Assembly (NCBI RefSeq): GCF_000372725.1
Contig: NW_005202428.1
Span: forward strand, 1,907,331 to 1,971,330
Origin: Emiliania huxleyi CCMP1516
Taxonomy: Eukaryota
Length of the DNA stretch: 64,000 nucleotides
Direction of reading: 5' to 3'
The notes below the pieces were generated by a model that was given only the letters and a program-made list of their open reading frames with translations, searched no databases and was not told where the DNA came from. Shown piece after piece: positions 22,378 through 34,741 of this stretch. The position numbers and the translations under genes are program-made. Numbering within the stretch: position 1 is the first letter of the stretch; each line of letters begins with the position of its first letter.

Positions 22378-22743
22378 GCCTTATGCCACCGTTGGCCGTT
22401 GCATATCCGGCTATGCGGCAACGGTGGCATAAGTACACAGAGTTGTTTGGTATTGACCTTACCCGCCTGTAACCTCTCTTTAAGGTATTGCTAAAAATCT
22501 CTCTCTCATAAGTAAGGCAACTGTCAACTGTGAACTGATACACCGTCGCAACCGTCGCAAAACTGCATTCTGGACACAGTCGCAACCGTCGCACCACACA
22601 GGGATTTCATTGGAAGAAGGTGTGTTGCTAGCCGTCGCCCGCTTGTGCGACACGCGATTTCTTCCGAAACACCGCTCTGACAGGGAAAAAGCTCCGCTGG
22701 CGCTTCGGCCTGCTATTGCTGCTGGCGGGCCACATCACCCACC

Positions 22744-25190
22744 ATGCTCGCGCGAGCGCCGCTCCGCCTCGCGTCCATATTGTTGCTCCAGCCGTGCTGC
22801 CCGCTCCTCATCCCAGGCCTGCAGCGCGAATACCTCGAGGGTGAGGAGCTGCCAATGCGAGTGGCGAAGCTGATGTCGACGAGGACACTGGTGCCCTTCT
22901 CATACTACTCGCTCGCGCAGTGCACGCCGCGCTCGCTCGAGGCGGCGGCAGAGAACTTGGGCGAGGTTCTGCATGGCGACCGCATCTTCAACGCACCCTT
23001 CGAGCTCCGCCTGCGCCGGCCGCGCGCACTGGCGCTGTGCCGGCTGCTGCTCGACCCTCAGGAGAGGGAGTTGTGGGTGGCGCGTATCCGCGAGGGCTAC
23101 CGCGCGCATCTGCTGCTCGACAACCTGCCGGTTGGCACGCGCCGCCCACGCGATGGAGCGGCGCCGCTGCTCGAGCGCGGCTACCTGCTCGGCGCGGCGG
23201 CGCCGGACGGTGCGATCGTGCACAACCACCTGCACTTCACAGTGCGGTACCACCTGCCGTCGCCTTCCGTGACGACGGGCGAGGCGTGGAGAGGGAGCGG
23301 GCGGAGGGCGAGGATCGTCGGCTTCGAGGTCGAGCCGTCGTCGCGCGGCTACACGCACGCCGCCCGCTGGCCCGACGACTCGGAGGGAGAGGCGCGCTCT
23401 CCTGGATGCGGGAACACCGACCCGCGTACTCCGAGTAGCACTCGAGAGGGCACGGATTCGGCTGTACTCCGCTGTCACGCCCGGGCCTCGGTGTACTCGT
23501 GGCGCAGGCCGGCTCTGCAGTCGACGTGCTCAACTTGTCTCCAGCAGAGGTTGGGCTGTCGCACGATGGTACGTCTCCGATGGTGCTGCGGCGGCGGGGA
23601 GGGAAGCCGGTCGAGCTCATCTTCACGTACAACGTGACGTACGCCCTCTCGGAGGTGCCGTACTCCTCGAGGTGGGACAACTACCTCATGCTCGAGGAGG
23701 GGTCGCAGGCTCACCGGCTCGAGATCGCTCGAGATCGCTCGAGATCGCCCGAGATCGCGCGAGAGCAAGCGAGACCACGCGAGAGCAAGCGAGACCACCG
23801 GCCGCAGGTGCACTGGCTCTCGCTCTGCGGCTCGCTCGCCCTCTCGCTGCTACTCGCCTCCTTGGTCGCCGCAATCATGCTCGCGACGGTGCGGCGGGAC
23901 TTGCAAAAGTACAACGCCATCGACGCCGACGACGACCTCGTCGAGGCGAGACGCGCCTGCCCCGGCGCAGCGGACGCTTGCTCACCGCGGTTGTGGAATA
24001 GGTCGGATGGAAGTACACCCACGCAGACGTCCTCCGCCCGCCGGCGGGTCCGCTCTCCCTCTCGTGCGCGCTCGGCGCCGCCGTCCAGCTGATCTGCTCC
24101 GGCGCCGCCGCGGCGCTCCTCGCATCGGACCGCGACGCCGGGGGTCGCCACGGGCGCCGCGTGCATCGCGGTAGGCGCCGTCACGCTCGCCCTCGCCCTC
24201 CTCGGCGTCATCTCGCCCACGGCGCGCGGCAGGCTCCATCGCCTGATTTCTTCTCTCCTATCGCGATGTCTTTCCCGCTCAGCGCCGCTAATTTCGCTTT
24301 TCCAGGCTCCTCACCGCCGCCCTCCTCCTCCTCTGCCTTTCCGCCGTGCCGGCCGGCTACGTCGCCGCCCGCCTCTACCGCCAGATCGACGGTTCGCACC
24401 CGTATGCGCTGATCGGCGCGCTCTCGTTTGCGCTTCCCGGCTCCGTCTTTGCCGCCTTCACCGCCCTCGATCTCGTGCTGTGGGCGCGCGGCGCAACCTC
24501 CGCCGTCCCGCTCACCACGCTCCTTGCGCTGCTGCTGCTCTGGCCCGGGCTGCACGCGCTCTCTCGACACTTCCAGGACACGGCCGTGACATGTCTGTGA
24601 CACGTCCCACAGGCTCGGGCTGCACGTGCCTCTCCTCGCGACTGGCGCCCGCGACCGGCCTTCGGGCGGCTTGGACTCGCCCACGGCCCTCCCTTGTGAG
24701 CCCTCCCGGCGCTTGCCTGCAGGCGCCTCCCTCGGCTTCCGGCAGCCGCGCGCCGAGGACCCGTGCTTCACCAACCTGATCCCGCGCCAGATCCCCACGC
24801 AGCCACTGTGGGCGCGATGCAGCCCCGCCCTCTCTGCCACCTCTCGCCCCGCACCTGCTCAACGTTATGCTGCCGCACACACGCCTCCTCCGCTCTACGT
24901 TTTGCGCCGCAGCCCGTCCTGCGCCGACCGCCCACACGAACGCTGCTCGCGCCGAGCAGGCGCATCCCCTCGTCGCCGCCCTGTCTGGCGGGCTCCTCCC
25001 GTTCGGCTCGGCCGCCATCGAGCTCTCCTCGCTCTACTCGTCAGCGTGGAACGGGCGCATCTACTCGCTCTTCGGTTTCCTGTTCCTCACGGCGACGACG
25101 ACGGCGCTCATCTGCGCAGAGGTTGGCGTCGTGCTCTGCTACTTTCAGGTGAGAAGGCTTTGCCCGCTCCTTGCCATCACCCTTTGGTGA

Positions 25191-25253
<63 letters not shown>

Positions 25254-25530
25254 CTCCCCATGGCTCGTGTGCCCGCAGCTCTGCCGCGAGGACTACCGCT
25301 GGTGGTGGCGCTCCTTCGCGCATACCGGCTCCTGCGGCCTCTACTTCTTCTTGCACGCCGCTGCATACGCCCACAGCGAGCTTCATCTCTCCGGGCCCAC
25401 CGCCATCGCAATCTATTACGGCTACACCGCCGCCGCCTCAGCCGCGCTGTCCCTCGTGACGGGCGGGGTCAGCTTCGTCGCCTGCTTTTGGTTTGTCCGC
25501 TCCATCTTTGCTGCAGTCAAGGTCGACTAG
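22744..25530 (+). CDS. Transmembrane 9 superfamily (EMP70/nonaspanin) protein, multi-exon
   Basis: ENLGEVLHGDRI, LLDNLPV, HNHLHF, IVGFEVEP, SRWDNYL, VHWLSL, GWKYTHADV, NLIPRQIP, GGLLPFG, EDYRWWWRSF and C-terminal VKVD*. Confidence 0.95.
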
Positions 25531-26031
25531 CTCTGAGGAGCGACTCTTGACACACAATAACGGACAGACGTGGCACACATTGCAAGCGGGGCCGGCACAC
25601 TCTGGTGTGTAGCATAGTTTGCCGCTGCAGCTATTTGTTACAGAAACTTGTCTTGAGCAGATTAGGATGTTTCATGTTACACAGTCACAGAAACTTGAAG
25701 TTTAATGTGCAGAGAGAATTGGCTCTACGTAAGTAACAACCCAAGGCGCAAGGGGCGACAGAGCGTGGAGGCTGGAGCCCCGTGGTGGTGCTGCGCTGGT
25801 GTCACGTGTCAGCTGGGAGCTGGAGTGCACAACACCAACAAAATAGGTAAAGCCGAATGGGGTGCACCCCAAGCGCCAGGGCGACGCTCGATGAATCGTC
25901 CCCCCCTGGACCTCCCCTCCGAATACGTACTGGCTATTCCTGGCTGAACGCGCGACAAAGACAAACCAGAAATGCGGATGCCATCGATTAATGTATGAAG
26001 GACGATAGACGAGCTGAACCGTCTTCAAGCT

Positions 26032-27910
26032 TCAACCCTTTAAGTTGAGCTTCTTGTCCAGAGCCGCGAAACAGGCTTTTACTTCCTCGTTCGTCGAAGC
26101 TGTTTTGCCCGTCTGCTTGCTCTTCGAACCCAGGGTCCTGATGCTAGCCTTGAGCGCGTTATACTCCGCATGTGGGAAGGCGTCGCAATCACTGGTCTTG
26201 ATCTTGGTTGTGGGGGTCGACCCCCGCCCGGTCTTCACAAAGGTGAGCAAAAAGTTCAACCGCGCGTTCTTCTTCTTTTCCTTTTGCAAAGCCTTGGCCG
26301 TTGTGTCCGTGGACACTGCCGGGGTGAGCGAACGTATCTTCCCTGCCGACGAGACGATGAGGCTGTCCTCCTCCGTGAACTCGCGGTTCGAATGCATGCC
26401 AATGGTTTGCGGCATGCCCTGCTCGTCTGCATAAGTCTGCATCTTGACGAGCACCTGCGGCGGTGGATGGTCGGCGTGACGGACGGGAGGGGGGAGGGAG
26501 CGGAGCTCCGCCCTGTGCCAGGGTCGGGCGTACGTTGGCCGGCCCCGCCATCTTGCTGTATGTTTTCAAGAAGGCCGTGGTGCAGATGCCGCCGGCCTCC
26601 GTCTCGTAGGCAGACTCGTCATCCTTAGCGGCCGAGATGCAAAAGATGGAGCCCATGCCCTTGCCGTCGTCATAGCTGGTGTAGTACGCCGGGTCATACT
26701 CGGGGTTCACGTGTGCCTTCTCGATGAGCGCGAACGGAAGGTCGAGAATCGTCCCTGCGTCGAAGGTGTCGGCATGAGGTCAGCGTCCCTCAGTCTCACC
26801 GGGGTTGGAGGCAGCTACTGCAGCTTTGGGCATCGTCGGGCGATGCGGCGCTTGCTTTGAGCTTCCCACACACACTGGCGACGGCCCCAGACTCCTCCTT
26901 GAGATCTGGGCGATCTCGTCCAGTTCTCACCCGAGTGGCAGCAGTCCATAAAAAACATGAGGGCCGAGCCTGTTCAGCGGTCAAGACGTGTGAAGCGCGA
27001 GGCTGACCGGTCCGTGAAGAGCACCTTCCACCACGCCGTTTTTGAACTTGACAGTCTGCTTGAGGGTGTCGTCGCGGAGCATCCCGCCATCGGGGTCGCT
27101 ACTGTTGCTCTCAAAGTCGCACGGCGCCATTGCCTCGTCCTCCTCGTCCACTTCGTGCGTGTCGCCGGTGACTTTGATGTTGACGCCTGTGCGCACCCCA
27201 CGGGACGGTAAGTCTTGAGCAGACCCGTGAGTCCGGCCGCTTGCAATCGACTGACTCCGCCGTTGCGCGCCGCTACGTACGGTGGGTGTGGAAAGTGGGA
27301 GCAGGATGCGGGGAGGCGAGTGGAGGGCCGCGCCGTGGCCCGAGTATGTCACCCAGCCCATCCGCTCCGGCTCCTCGCTGAGCCACGCGCAAAGGTCCTC
27401 GAGCTCGTTGAGGATATTCTGCTTGGTGGGGTGCATTCGCCCATCTGGTCGGTCCTTGCCGTTCTTGTACGGCGCGTGCTTGCCGTTGCTCCACAGCTTT
27501 GCGTCCGTGTTGATTTCCGACAGCGTGTCAGGTGATTGGTCGGTCAGGTAGTGCACGTCGTATGTCATTTCGAGAAGGACGTCGACGAGCTTCTGCTGGT
27601 CCACGTGCGTGCCCGACAGCGTGTAGCTCTTTCCTGGGTACTCGCAGCAGATGCAGAGTGCCCTCCGGTTCACACCCCGTGTGTTTCCGGGCAAAGGTAA
27701 AGCGGCCCACGGCCATGTGGTGAAGTCGTGCTCTGCGTCGGACTTGAGGCCGTTGTAGCCTCTAGCCTCGACAGTTGGAGTCGCGTCGTTCCCTTGCACC
27801 ATGCCCCCCACCTGGTCAGCTACGCCTTGAGCCACGCCCCCCGCCTGGTCAGCTACGCCTTGAACCACGCCCCCCACCTGGTCAGCTACGCCAGCAGCCC
27901 ACCCGCCCAC
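26032..27910 (-). CDS. Metacaspase (peptidase C14), multi-exon
   Basis: RRALCICCEY, PTKQNI, YSGHG (catalytic His), DEAMAPCDF, FMDCCHSG (catalytic Cys, ~26930-26955), TILDLPF, CISAAKDDE, GGICTTAF. Confidence 0.92.
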
Positions 27911-28497
27911 ATCTACATTCGGTACACATGCACAGGAGGGAGAGGAGAGATTGAGCAGCGCACACGTGGAGTGGGCTCAAGGGAATGTGGTCAGTGGTGC
28001 AGCGGGTGCACCTGGCCAGCCCATGGCAAATTGCACCAGCCCGCTGCCCTGCCCCAAAGCGTCGGCCTCGGTCGCGAAGGAGGGACGATCGGAGCGACGC
28101 AATAGCGGGATTGCGTTATTGCGGGGCCGTCGTAGACGGATCGGTTTTCTTTTCCGTTTAGCTTGTGGGACGACGCCGGCTGCACCGCCGACCGAGGGAC
28201 GGGACTCGGGTCGTGCAGATGGTATCTCTTGCTCTGCTCTCCGTCTCGTGTGTCTCATGGATCATGGTCATGGCTCATGGTCATGCACGGCATGCTATCC
28301 TCGACCTCGTTCCTGCCGATTCGTTTCCAAGTAGCAAGTAAGAAGTAACAAGTATCACCTATCATATCAGTTTTCCCCCTCTTCCGACTTCCCCCTGACG
28401 CGAAATTCTTGCGCTCACTCTTTTACATGTTACATTCATAATTTGTGGTAAGAAAGACTAAATTGGATCACTTTATGGGAGACACCCTCACGAGGGC

Positions 28498-29091
28498 TCA
28501 TCCTCCATGCTCTGCGGCAACGGCAGCGGGAGGCCCCAGTGGGTCGATGCCTCGTGCCCGCCAGTAGGCCTGGCCGTATGCCGCGTACACCTCTTCGCCT
28601 GGCAGAATGGTCCGCGTGGCCACGAGGCGCGCTCGCCGCTCCGCTCTGCTCTTTACAAAGCGCGCGTTGAGGCAGTCTCTGTCGAAGTGGTCGTTGACGT
28701 AGCGGGCGGGAGCATCGAGTGCGAAGCGCGCCTGCGGGGTGGCCACAGGGCTTTGCGGCAGGCGGGAGGGCAGAGCGAGGCGGGAGGCAGCTCGCACGTC
28801 CACGTGCGCATTGAGACCGAACCCGCCCATAAGGTAGTCACGGTTGGACAGCCTCGTCGCCTCCACCAGACTCAGCACTCGACCATAGTAGAGTCCGAGC
28901 ACCTCGCCCACGACAAAGCGGCGCGTCGTGAATAATCCGTCGCCTGCACCATCGATGCGGCTCGGCCGCACCTCCACTCCCTGCCACCAGCTCCGGACCG
29001 CCGGTCGACGTCGGGAGCGAATGTGGAGAGCAGCTACCAGGGCTGCGCCGGCGCCCACGCTCGCTGCGGTTGCCACCCACCAGCTCACCAT
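28498..29091 (-). CDS. Small SET-domain protein with hydrophobic N-terminus (one intron ~28735-28799)
   Basis: SRIDGAGDGLFT, LYYGRV, ARYVNDH, ATRTILPGEEVYAAYG..YW. Confidence 0.88.
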   Translation of the reverse strand: MVSWWVATAASVGAGAALVAALHIRSRRRPAVRSWWQGVEVRPSRIDGAGDGLFTTRRFVVGEVLGLYYGRVLSLVEATRLSNRDYLMGGFGLNAHVDVRAASRLALPSRLPQSPVATPQARFALDAPARYVNDHFDRDCLNARFVKSRAERRARLVATRTILPGEEVYAAYGQAYWRARGIDPLGPPAAVAAEHGG

Positions 29092-29157
29092 CAATACAAA
29101 AAAATTCGGAGTGTAGAGTTTTGCCTACTCGCTGCACCTCAGTCTACGTCTCTAAGC

Positions 29158-29817
29158 CTACTCGATTGTGACGTAGGCAACACCGTGCCCCGGAGTGCCA
29201 CTCACGTCAATCGCCTTTGCCTTTGAGCGGCCAGTGGCGACCGTCTTGCCGGCGGCGGTGAGGATGTCTGCTCGGACAAACAGGTCCTCGCGCTCCCACA
29301 TGAAGTCGTTCACGCCCTGCGTCGTCGTGGGAGAGTAGGAGCAGTGACGAGGCGGAGCGGTGTGGGCCCGTCGAGGGCTCGGTGGGCACGGCATGGCGGG
29401 AGTGGTGGGGATGCGCAGGTGAGGGCGGCCTCGCGCCTCGCGCAGACTTGAGCGCTCGACAGCAAACGCAAGCGGCCACGCGGCGCCGTCCTGCAGCGGC
29501 ACTGTCGCCGTGGCGAGCGGCCCGTTGGTGTTGCGCCCGACGACGCGGAGCGTCACCACCGCCGACCCGCCGCTCGGGACCGGCAGCGGCGCCGACGCCT
29601 GCAGCACGCCGTGCATCACGTCGCCCGACGCAGAGACGGTCGGTGAGTTGATCTCGCCGGCGGCCGATGCCGCAGCCGCGGGCGAGAGTACGAGGCCGGC
29701 GAGTGCGGCTCGTCGAGAAAGCGGCGGCTGCGGCGTGCCGACTCGGCTGGCCGGCGGGGCGCGCGGCGACGGAAGGCTTAGCGTGGCGAGCGCGGCAAGC
29801 GTGGCGAGACCGCACAT
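29158..29817 (-). CDS. Hypothetical plastid/thylakoid-lumen-targeted protein
   Basis: Signal peptide followed by twin-arginine SRRAALAGLVLSPAAAASA; small beta-rich mature domain; probable in-frame intron ~29320-29435. Confidence 0.6.
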   Translation of the reverse strand: MCGLATLAALATLSLPSPRAPPASRVGTPQPPLSRRAALAGLVLSPAAAASAAGEINSPTVSASGDVMHGVLQASAPLPVPSGGSAVVTLRVVGRNTNGPLATATVPLQDGAAWPLAFAVERSSLREARGRPHLRIPTTPAMPCPPSPRRAHTAPPRHCSYSPTTTQGVNDFMWEREDLFVRADILTAAGKTVATGRSKAKAIDVSGTPGHGVAYVTIE

Positions 29818-30007
29818 GCGTAAATTTTTGCGTACCCGTAGGTATGCACAGATTGCAATGCCAACAAGGAGAAAAACGCTGCCGGCTGTTTTTATTTTTT
29901 CTTTCTTCGCTTTTTAAGAAAGAAAGAAAACAAGGCCCGTTGGACTCGCCTCCGTCTGGCTGCGAGGCCGAGGAGCCATCACTCAAAGCTCTGATCTTGA
30001 AACAGGA

Positions 30008-31520
30008 ATGGCCGATGGCACGGAAGAGGTGTACAAGAATGGCGCCGGCGCCTTCATCAGAGAGTGCCTGCTCCAGGACCCTCCCATGCGAGCCGCCGCG
30101 TCGGTCGCCGTCGTTGCGGCCGTCATCACAGTCGCCATCAGCTCGGCGCACCTCTCGTCGCTGCGGCGGATGCCGATCTCGGCGCGGCAGCAGCTGTACC
30201 TGACCATCGCGTGGATGCCCATCGTCTTTGGCGTCTCCGCCTGCGTCTCCCTCTTCGGGCCGCGCTCGTCTGTGATGTGGTGGCTGCTACGCTCGCAGTA
30301 TGAGGCCATCGCACTCTCCACGTTTGGGACGCTGCTCTTCTTGCTGCTGGTCGTTACCGCCGCGCCCAACGCTTCCGCCGCGCCCCCCGCCTTCGTCGGC
30401 ACCTCGATCATCCAGCTGCTCGCCTCGGAGGTCCCTGACCTCCTCTCCTCTCCCTGCTCCCACCTCTTCTCTCCGATGCCCGCCCACATTCCACCTCGCC
30501 TCACCTCTCCTCTCCCCTCTGGGACAGGGCGCGCAAAAGCACTTCGCGACCCCGCCGCTCTGCTGCCTCTGCACCCCTTGCTGGCCAGTCTTCCACCTCG
30601 GCGCGCGCCACCTGCTTGCCGTCTACTACCTGCTGCAGCAGTTCGTCCTCCTCACGCCCGCGCTCGCAGTCGTGAGCATGTGGGCGGCCATCGCCCTCCA
30701 ACCCACGACGGCGCACTCCGTCTGCGCCGCCTGCCTCCTCCTCAAGAAGGCCTCCACTTTTCTCGCGCTGTGGGGCCTCTTCGCGTTGTACAAGGCGAAG
30801 CACCGCGACCCTTGCCCCTTCCTCCCGCCCCCGCCCCCCCCCCCTCCCCCTCCCGGGGCCAGGCGGTCCTCATCCTCGAGCTGCTCCAGGAGCACATCAT
30901 CGCTCACCTCGTCCTCCACGCCGAGGACCACGCCCAGGTCAACTCTCCCCAACTCTCCCCACCTCTCCCCCCCTCTCCCCACCTCTCCCCACCTCTCCCC
31001 ACCTCTCCCCACCTCTCCCCTGGCGAGGACCACGCCCAGTGTCTCACTCAGCGAGACGCTGCAGTTGAGGCTCTCAGCGGCGCACCCGCAGGCCGGCGAG
31101 CTCGAGGACGACTACTCCCGCCTCCCGCCCTCGCCGCCCGCGCTGGACGCCCGCGCCGTCAGCATGCTCGACGAGTTCAACTCGCTCCTGCCGCCCATCT
31201 CGCAGCAGGAGCACGAGGCGCGCAGTCCAGCGCCGACCCCCCCCCCCCCCCCTGACCCCTGCTGGGCCGCGGGCAGGGCCGCTCACCCAGCTGCTGCCAC
31301 CTCAGGGCGCATGCCTGCACGGCCACCAGCTGGTCAGCTTCTGGGGCTGCTGGGCGCTCACCGTCGAGTGCATCGCGATGGCGCTCCTCATACGCAAGGG
31401 TGCACCGCACCACACGCCCGCGACCCGTGGGACATGTCCCGGACGTGTCATGGAGACGTCCTGCAGGCCTTCCCGCCACACGAGCTCGAGACCAAGTTCG
31501 CCGCCGAGCAACAGGGGTGC
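30008..31520 (+). CDS. Organic solute transporter OST-alpha/TMEM184 family protein (multi-exon, 3' end obscured by gap)
   Basis: IAWMPIVFGVSACVSL, LRSQYEAIAL, PPLCCLC, QQFVLL, STFLALWGLF, LTVECIAMALLIRK..AFP. Confidence 0.8.
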
Positions 31521-31640
31521 ATCGCTTCGCCCACCCCTCTCGCCCTTTTCGCCCCTCGCCCTCGCCCTCACCACCACCACCCCAACTTCCCCGTGGCCGC
31601 CACCCTCGCCGCCGCCACCGTCGCCATCTCCCTCGCCACC

Positions 31641-31748
31641 NNNNNNNNNNNNNNNNNNNNNNNNNNNNNNNNNNNNNNNNNNNNNNNNNNNNNNNNNNNN
31701 NNNNNNNNNNNNNNNNNNNNNNNNNNNNNNNNNNNNNNNNNNNNNNNN
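31641..31748. other. Assembly gap (108 N)
   Basis: Run of N. Confidence 1.
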
Positions 31749-33350
31749 CTCCCCCCCTTCCTGCCCTTCCGCCGCCTCCGGCCGGCACTGCACACTAGTC
31801 ACTGCACCGGGACCGAGCCGCCGACCCGCACTCGCTGCCTGGCAGGCCACCGGCTGGCGGGGCGTCGCACTGGGCCGCAGCGACTCGGCGACGTCGCACC
31901 GGCCAGCAGGCTCGGCTGGCTGCAGCCCCAGTAACACACACCAAACCTCGGGATGCGACATGCGTCCGTGACACCGCCCCACCGCCCCGCCGGCGCAGGA
32001 TACAGCCGCGCCTCGCGCGGCGGCTTGCGGGCTCTCGCATGATTCTGCTGCTTCGGGCCGATGTGCCGCCGTGAGCTCCGCTCCCTCGCGCGTATAGGAA
32101 CCCCTGCTCTGTATGTACTGTGGATCTCCAGGGCCTTGCTGTCGGGGGCTAGGTTGGGGGCGCCTGGGCGAGGGCGAGGGCGAGGGTGGGACTGACGAAC
32201 TATCCGCATGACCGCATGAGACACACCAGAGAAAATGCGCCAACAAAACTTCAAAGATTTTTTCCCCTGAGAAAAAAGAACATTCAACATATACACACAG
32301 TCGTAATCAGTATGACGGAAGAGCGGAGTTCTAAAAACAAAAACCGAAAAGAACAAGGAAAAGAAATCGAGGGGGGGCTGTGACCCAAAAGGGGTGCGTG
32401 TGTGTGGCAAACAACTAAGCCCAGCCACCACCCGCCAGCGACGAAACAAAACAAAAGAACCGAGCGAAAAGAAATCGCTCGCGCAGTGGGGGGGGGGGGG
32501 GGTCGGAGCAGCGTGCTCACTCGTGTCCCGGCGTATGGGGTAGGCTGGAGAGGTGGACCGGACCTGCCGGCCGTGTTGTGTTCACGCTCAACTGCTGGGA
32601 TTTCCGACTTGGCGCAAAGAATTTTTTGGCGCAGGCGCTGGCGAGGTACTCCCACGCCTCTCCGGGTTTTTGTCTGGCCGAGTCAACCCGAGACTGCGTC
32701 AGCTGTTCCCACAGCAGGCTGGAAGTACCTCGCCAGGGAAGGCGCTGTTTGGCAGGTGGTGCAACAGGTGCGGACAGCTGCGGACAACAGGTGCGGACAA
32801 CCGCTCGTTCTCCACGTACGAGCGCCGAGGAGCAGCCAAACGTCACCGGCGCTCCCACGCCACCCCACCCGTTCGTGCCGGAAGCAGCGGGGCTGATGCC
32901 GCGTCCATCCTGACGGAGGTGGCGGCCATCTCGGACGTTCAAGCGGCGCCAGCCAGCGGCTCGGCCGCGCATCCTTCACACACGCCGCCACGACCAACCT
33001 GAGCGGGCCCGGTGTCGAGCCATGGTGCGAGCTGCATGTGAGGGGCGGCTGTGGCCACAGCAGGTCCACCAGACGGACCTCAAAGCTTGCCGTCGGCGTG
33101 CTGTCGTGGCGAGAGCGCGAGATCGCTGCAGAGGAGCCAAGTGCAGTGACGAGCCAGAGGCTACCTGGGTCACCAAGTGGTGGACCCTGCCCATTCTGAG
33201 CAGGGCTGTGCTTGGGTGGGGTTGTGCTTGAGCATGTGTGAAGTGGGAGTGCGTGCCTGCGGTGTCTGTGGGTGAAACAGGCGTGTGTGAGGCCGTAAGA
33301 GGCCTGGTATGAGCCAGAGTGGGCTTCATCACCCAAGATAAGGACGGTTT

Positions 33351-33780
33351 GGGACAGCTCAGGCTTGATACTGATGGGCCTGGGCCAGGAGAGCGACAGA
33401 GAAGGCGAGGTGGTGAGCTGGGAAGCCGCTTTGTCGGCACCTGGACGTGTCGCGATGAACTGCCAAAAAGCACCTTTGGCGGCTATTGCTCAAAACCCTG
33501 GGAGAGATGGCCTACATAGTATTACTGCATCCATGCGTCTGGTGCATGTGGGCTGTGGGTCGGGACATTTCACGGTCGGTGGCGCCGATATTGAGACCTC
33601 CGGAAAGCCCTCGCAATCGCTCGGCACGGGGCCACCGGGAGTGCTCTCGAGCCCTACACCGGAGCATCACGAGCCGGTGCGAGCTTGAAGACCCGAGATA
33701 AGTGCGGTCTGGGACAGCTCAGGGTTGCTACTGATGGGCTAGGCCAGGAGAGCGACAGAGAAGGCGAGGTGGTGAGCTGG
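33351..33780. repeat. ~70-bp direct repeat pair (33351-33421, 33711-33780)
   Basis: GGGACAGCTCAGG..TACTGATGGGC..GGCCAGGAGAGCGACAGAGAAGGCGAGGTGGTGAGCTGG occurs twice, 360 bp apart. Confidence 0.8.
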
Positions 33781-33967
33781 TAATCCATCGCAAGCGACCC
33801 GGAGCGCGCAACCGCGCATCTCGCCGCCGCGGGGCTCCGACTGGTTATCTAGACCTTCCTTCTTCCTCCCTGTTCCTTCCTTTCCCCTTCCCATCTCTTC
33901 CCGGCCTCCGGCCGGCGCCTGCGGCGCCGTTCTTTTTTTTTCCTTTTCTTGCACCACTGTAAAAAAA

Positions 33968-34741
33968 ATGCCATTTTTTGGAGCGCCGCCGCAGGTGCCC
34001 GGGGGCCGAGAGAGAGAGATGCCCTTCGAGCTCACGCCGACGCTCCGCGGTGCTGCGGGCCGTTACTGCGCCGCCTGCAGCGACGAGGACTCCGCGGCGC
34101 TCCGCCGGTACACGCGTCAGGACGCACGTGAGATCTCGCTCACCGACGTGCAGCTGCTCTCGCGGGCGCTCCGGCGGTTGCCGCGGCCAGAGGCGGGAGC
34201 GTCGGACGCGGCGGTGTGGGTGCACGAGCTGCTGCAGGGCGCCGCGCCCGTCCTCCCCGAGTTCAAGCGCGACCGCACGCCCCACCCTGAGCTCGAGCCG
34301 CGGCTGCAGCAGCTGCGCGCTGCGGCAGAGAATCGCGAGTACGCGGCGATGGTGAGCGACGTGTGCTGCGAGGAGGGCGACGGGCGCGACGCTGCCGAGA
34401 TGAACACCTATCGCTCGCAGCTCGCGGTGGGCGCCAACTTGCTCGTCTCGATGGGCACGATGTTCGCGGTCGGCTACTGGGCGGGCGGCACCGAGGAGGA
34501 GCCGCACGGCCCGCGCGCGGCGATGTGCGGGCTGGCGTGCTGCATCGTGACGATGGTGGTCGAGATGACCCTCTTCGTCATCGGCGCCTCGAGAGTTGAC
34601 GCCAAGCAGGACGAGCGCGCGAGGAAGGCGCGGAGAGGGCAGTCCGACCTGACCCGGCTGCGCGAGTTTTACCCGCGGGAGGTGGGCCCGTCCAAGCGCG
34701 GCACGTCGCAGTTCAGCCGCACCAGACTCAAGCAGTTCTGA
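33968..34741 (+). CDS. VMA12: V-ATPase assembly factor Vma12/TMEM199 family
   Basis: VHELLQG..VLP..PELEPRLQQLR..ENREYAAMV followed by two TM helices (GANLLVSMGTMFAVGYW; GLACCIVTMVVEMTLFVI). The start may be the ATG at 34019. Confidence 0.8.
   Translation: MPFFGAPPQVPGGREREMPFELTPTLRGAAGRYCAACSDEDSAALRRYTRQDAREISLTDVQLLSRALRRLPRPEAGASDAAVWVHELLQGAAPVLPEFKRDRTPHPELEPRLQQLRAAAENREYAAMVSDVCCEEGDGRDAAEMNTYRSQLAVGANLLVSMGTMFAVGYWAGGTEEEPHGPRAAMCGLACCIVTMVVEMTLFVIGASRVDAKQDERARKARRGQSDLTRLREFYPREVGPSKRGTSQFSRTRLKQF

Larger units (their letters stand above)
19798..22593. mobile_element. Small TIR element (TGCGACGGTTGCGAC termini) hosting the LTR insertion
   Basis: Left TGCGACGGTTGCGACGGTG..GTGTATCAGT; right ACTGATACACCGTCGCAACCGTCGCA...GTCGCAACCGTCGCA. 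CCACA duplicated at 19793-19797 and 22594-22598. The flanks rejoin into the family-C LINE tail (reverse strand). Confidence 0.7.

Noticed and set aside
32400..33800. Protein-coding gene
   Set aside because: The ORFs are fragmented with no recognisable motif; only the 70-bp direct repeat is supportable.
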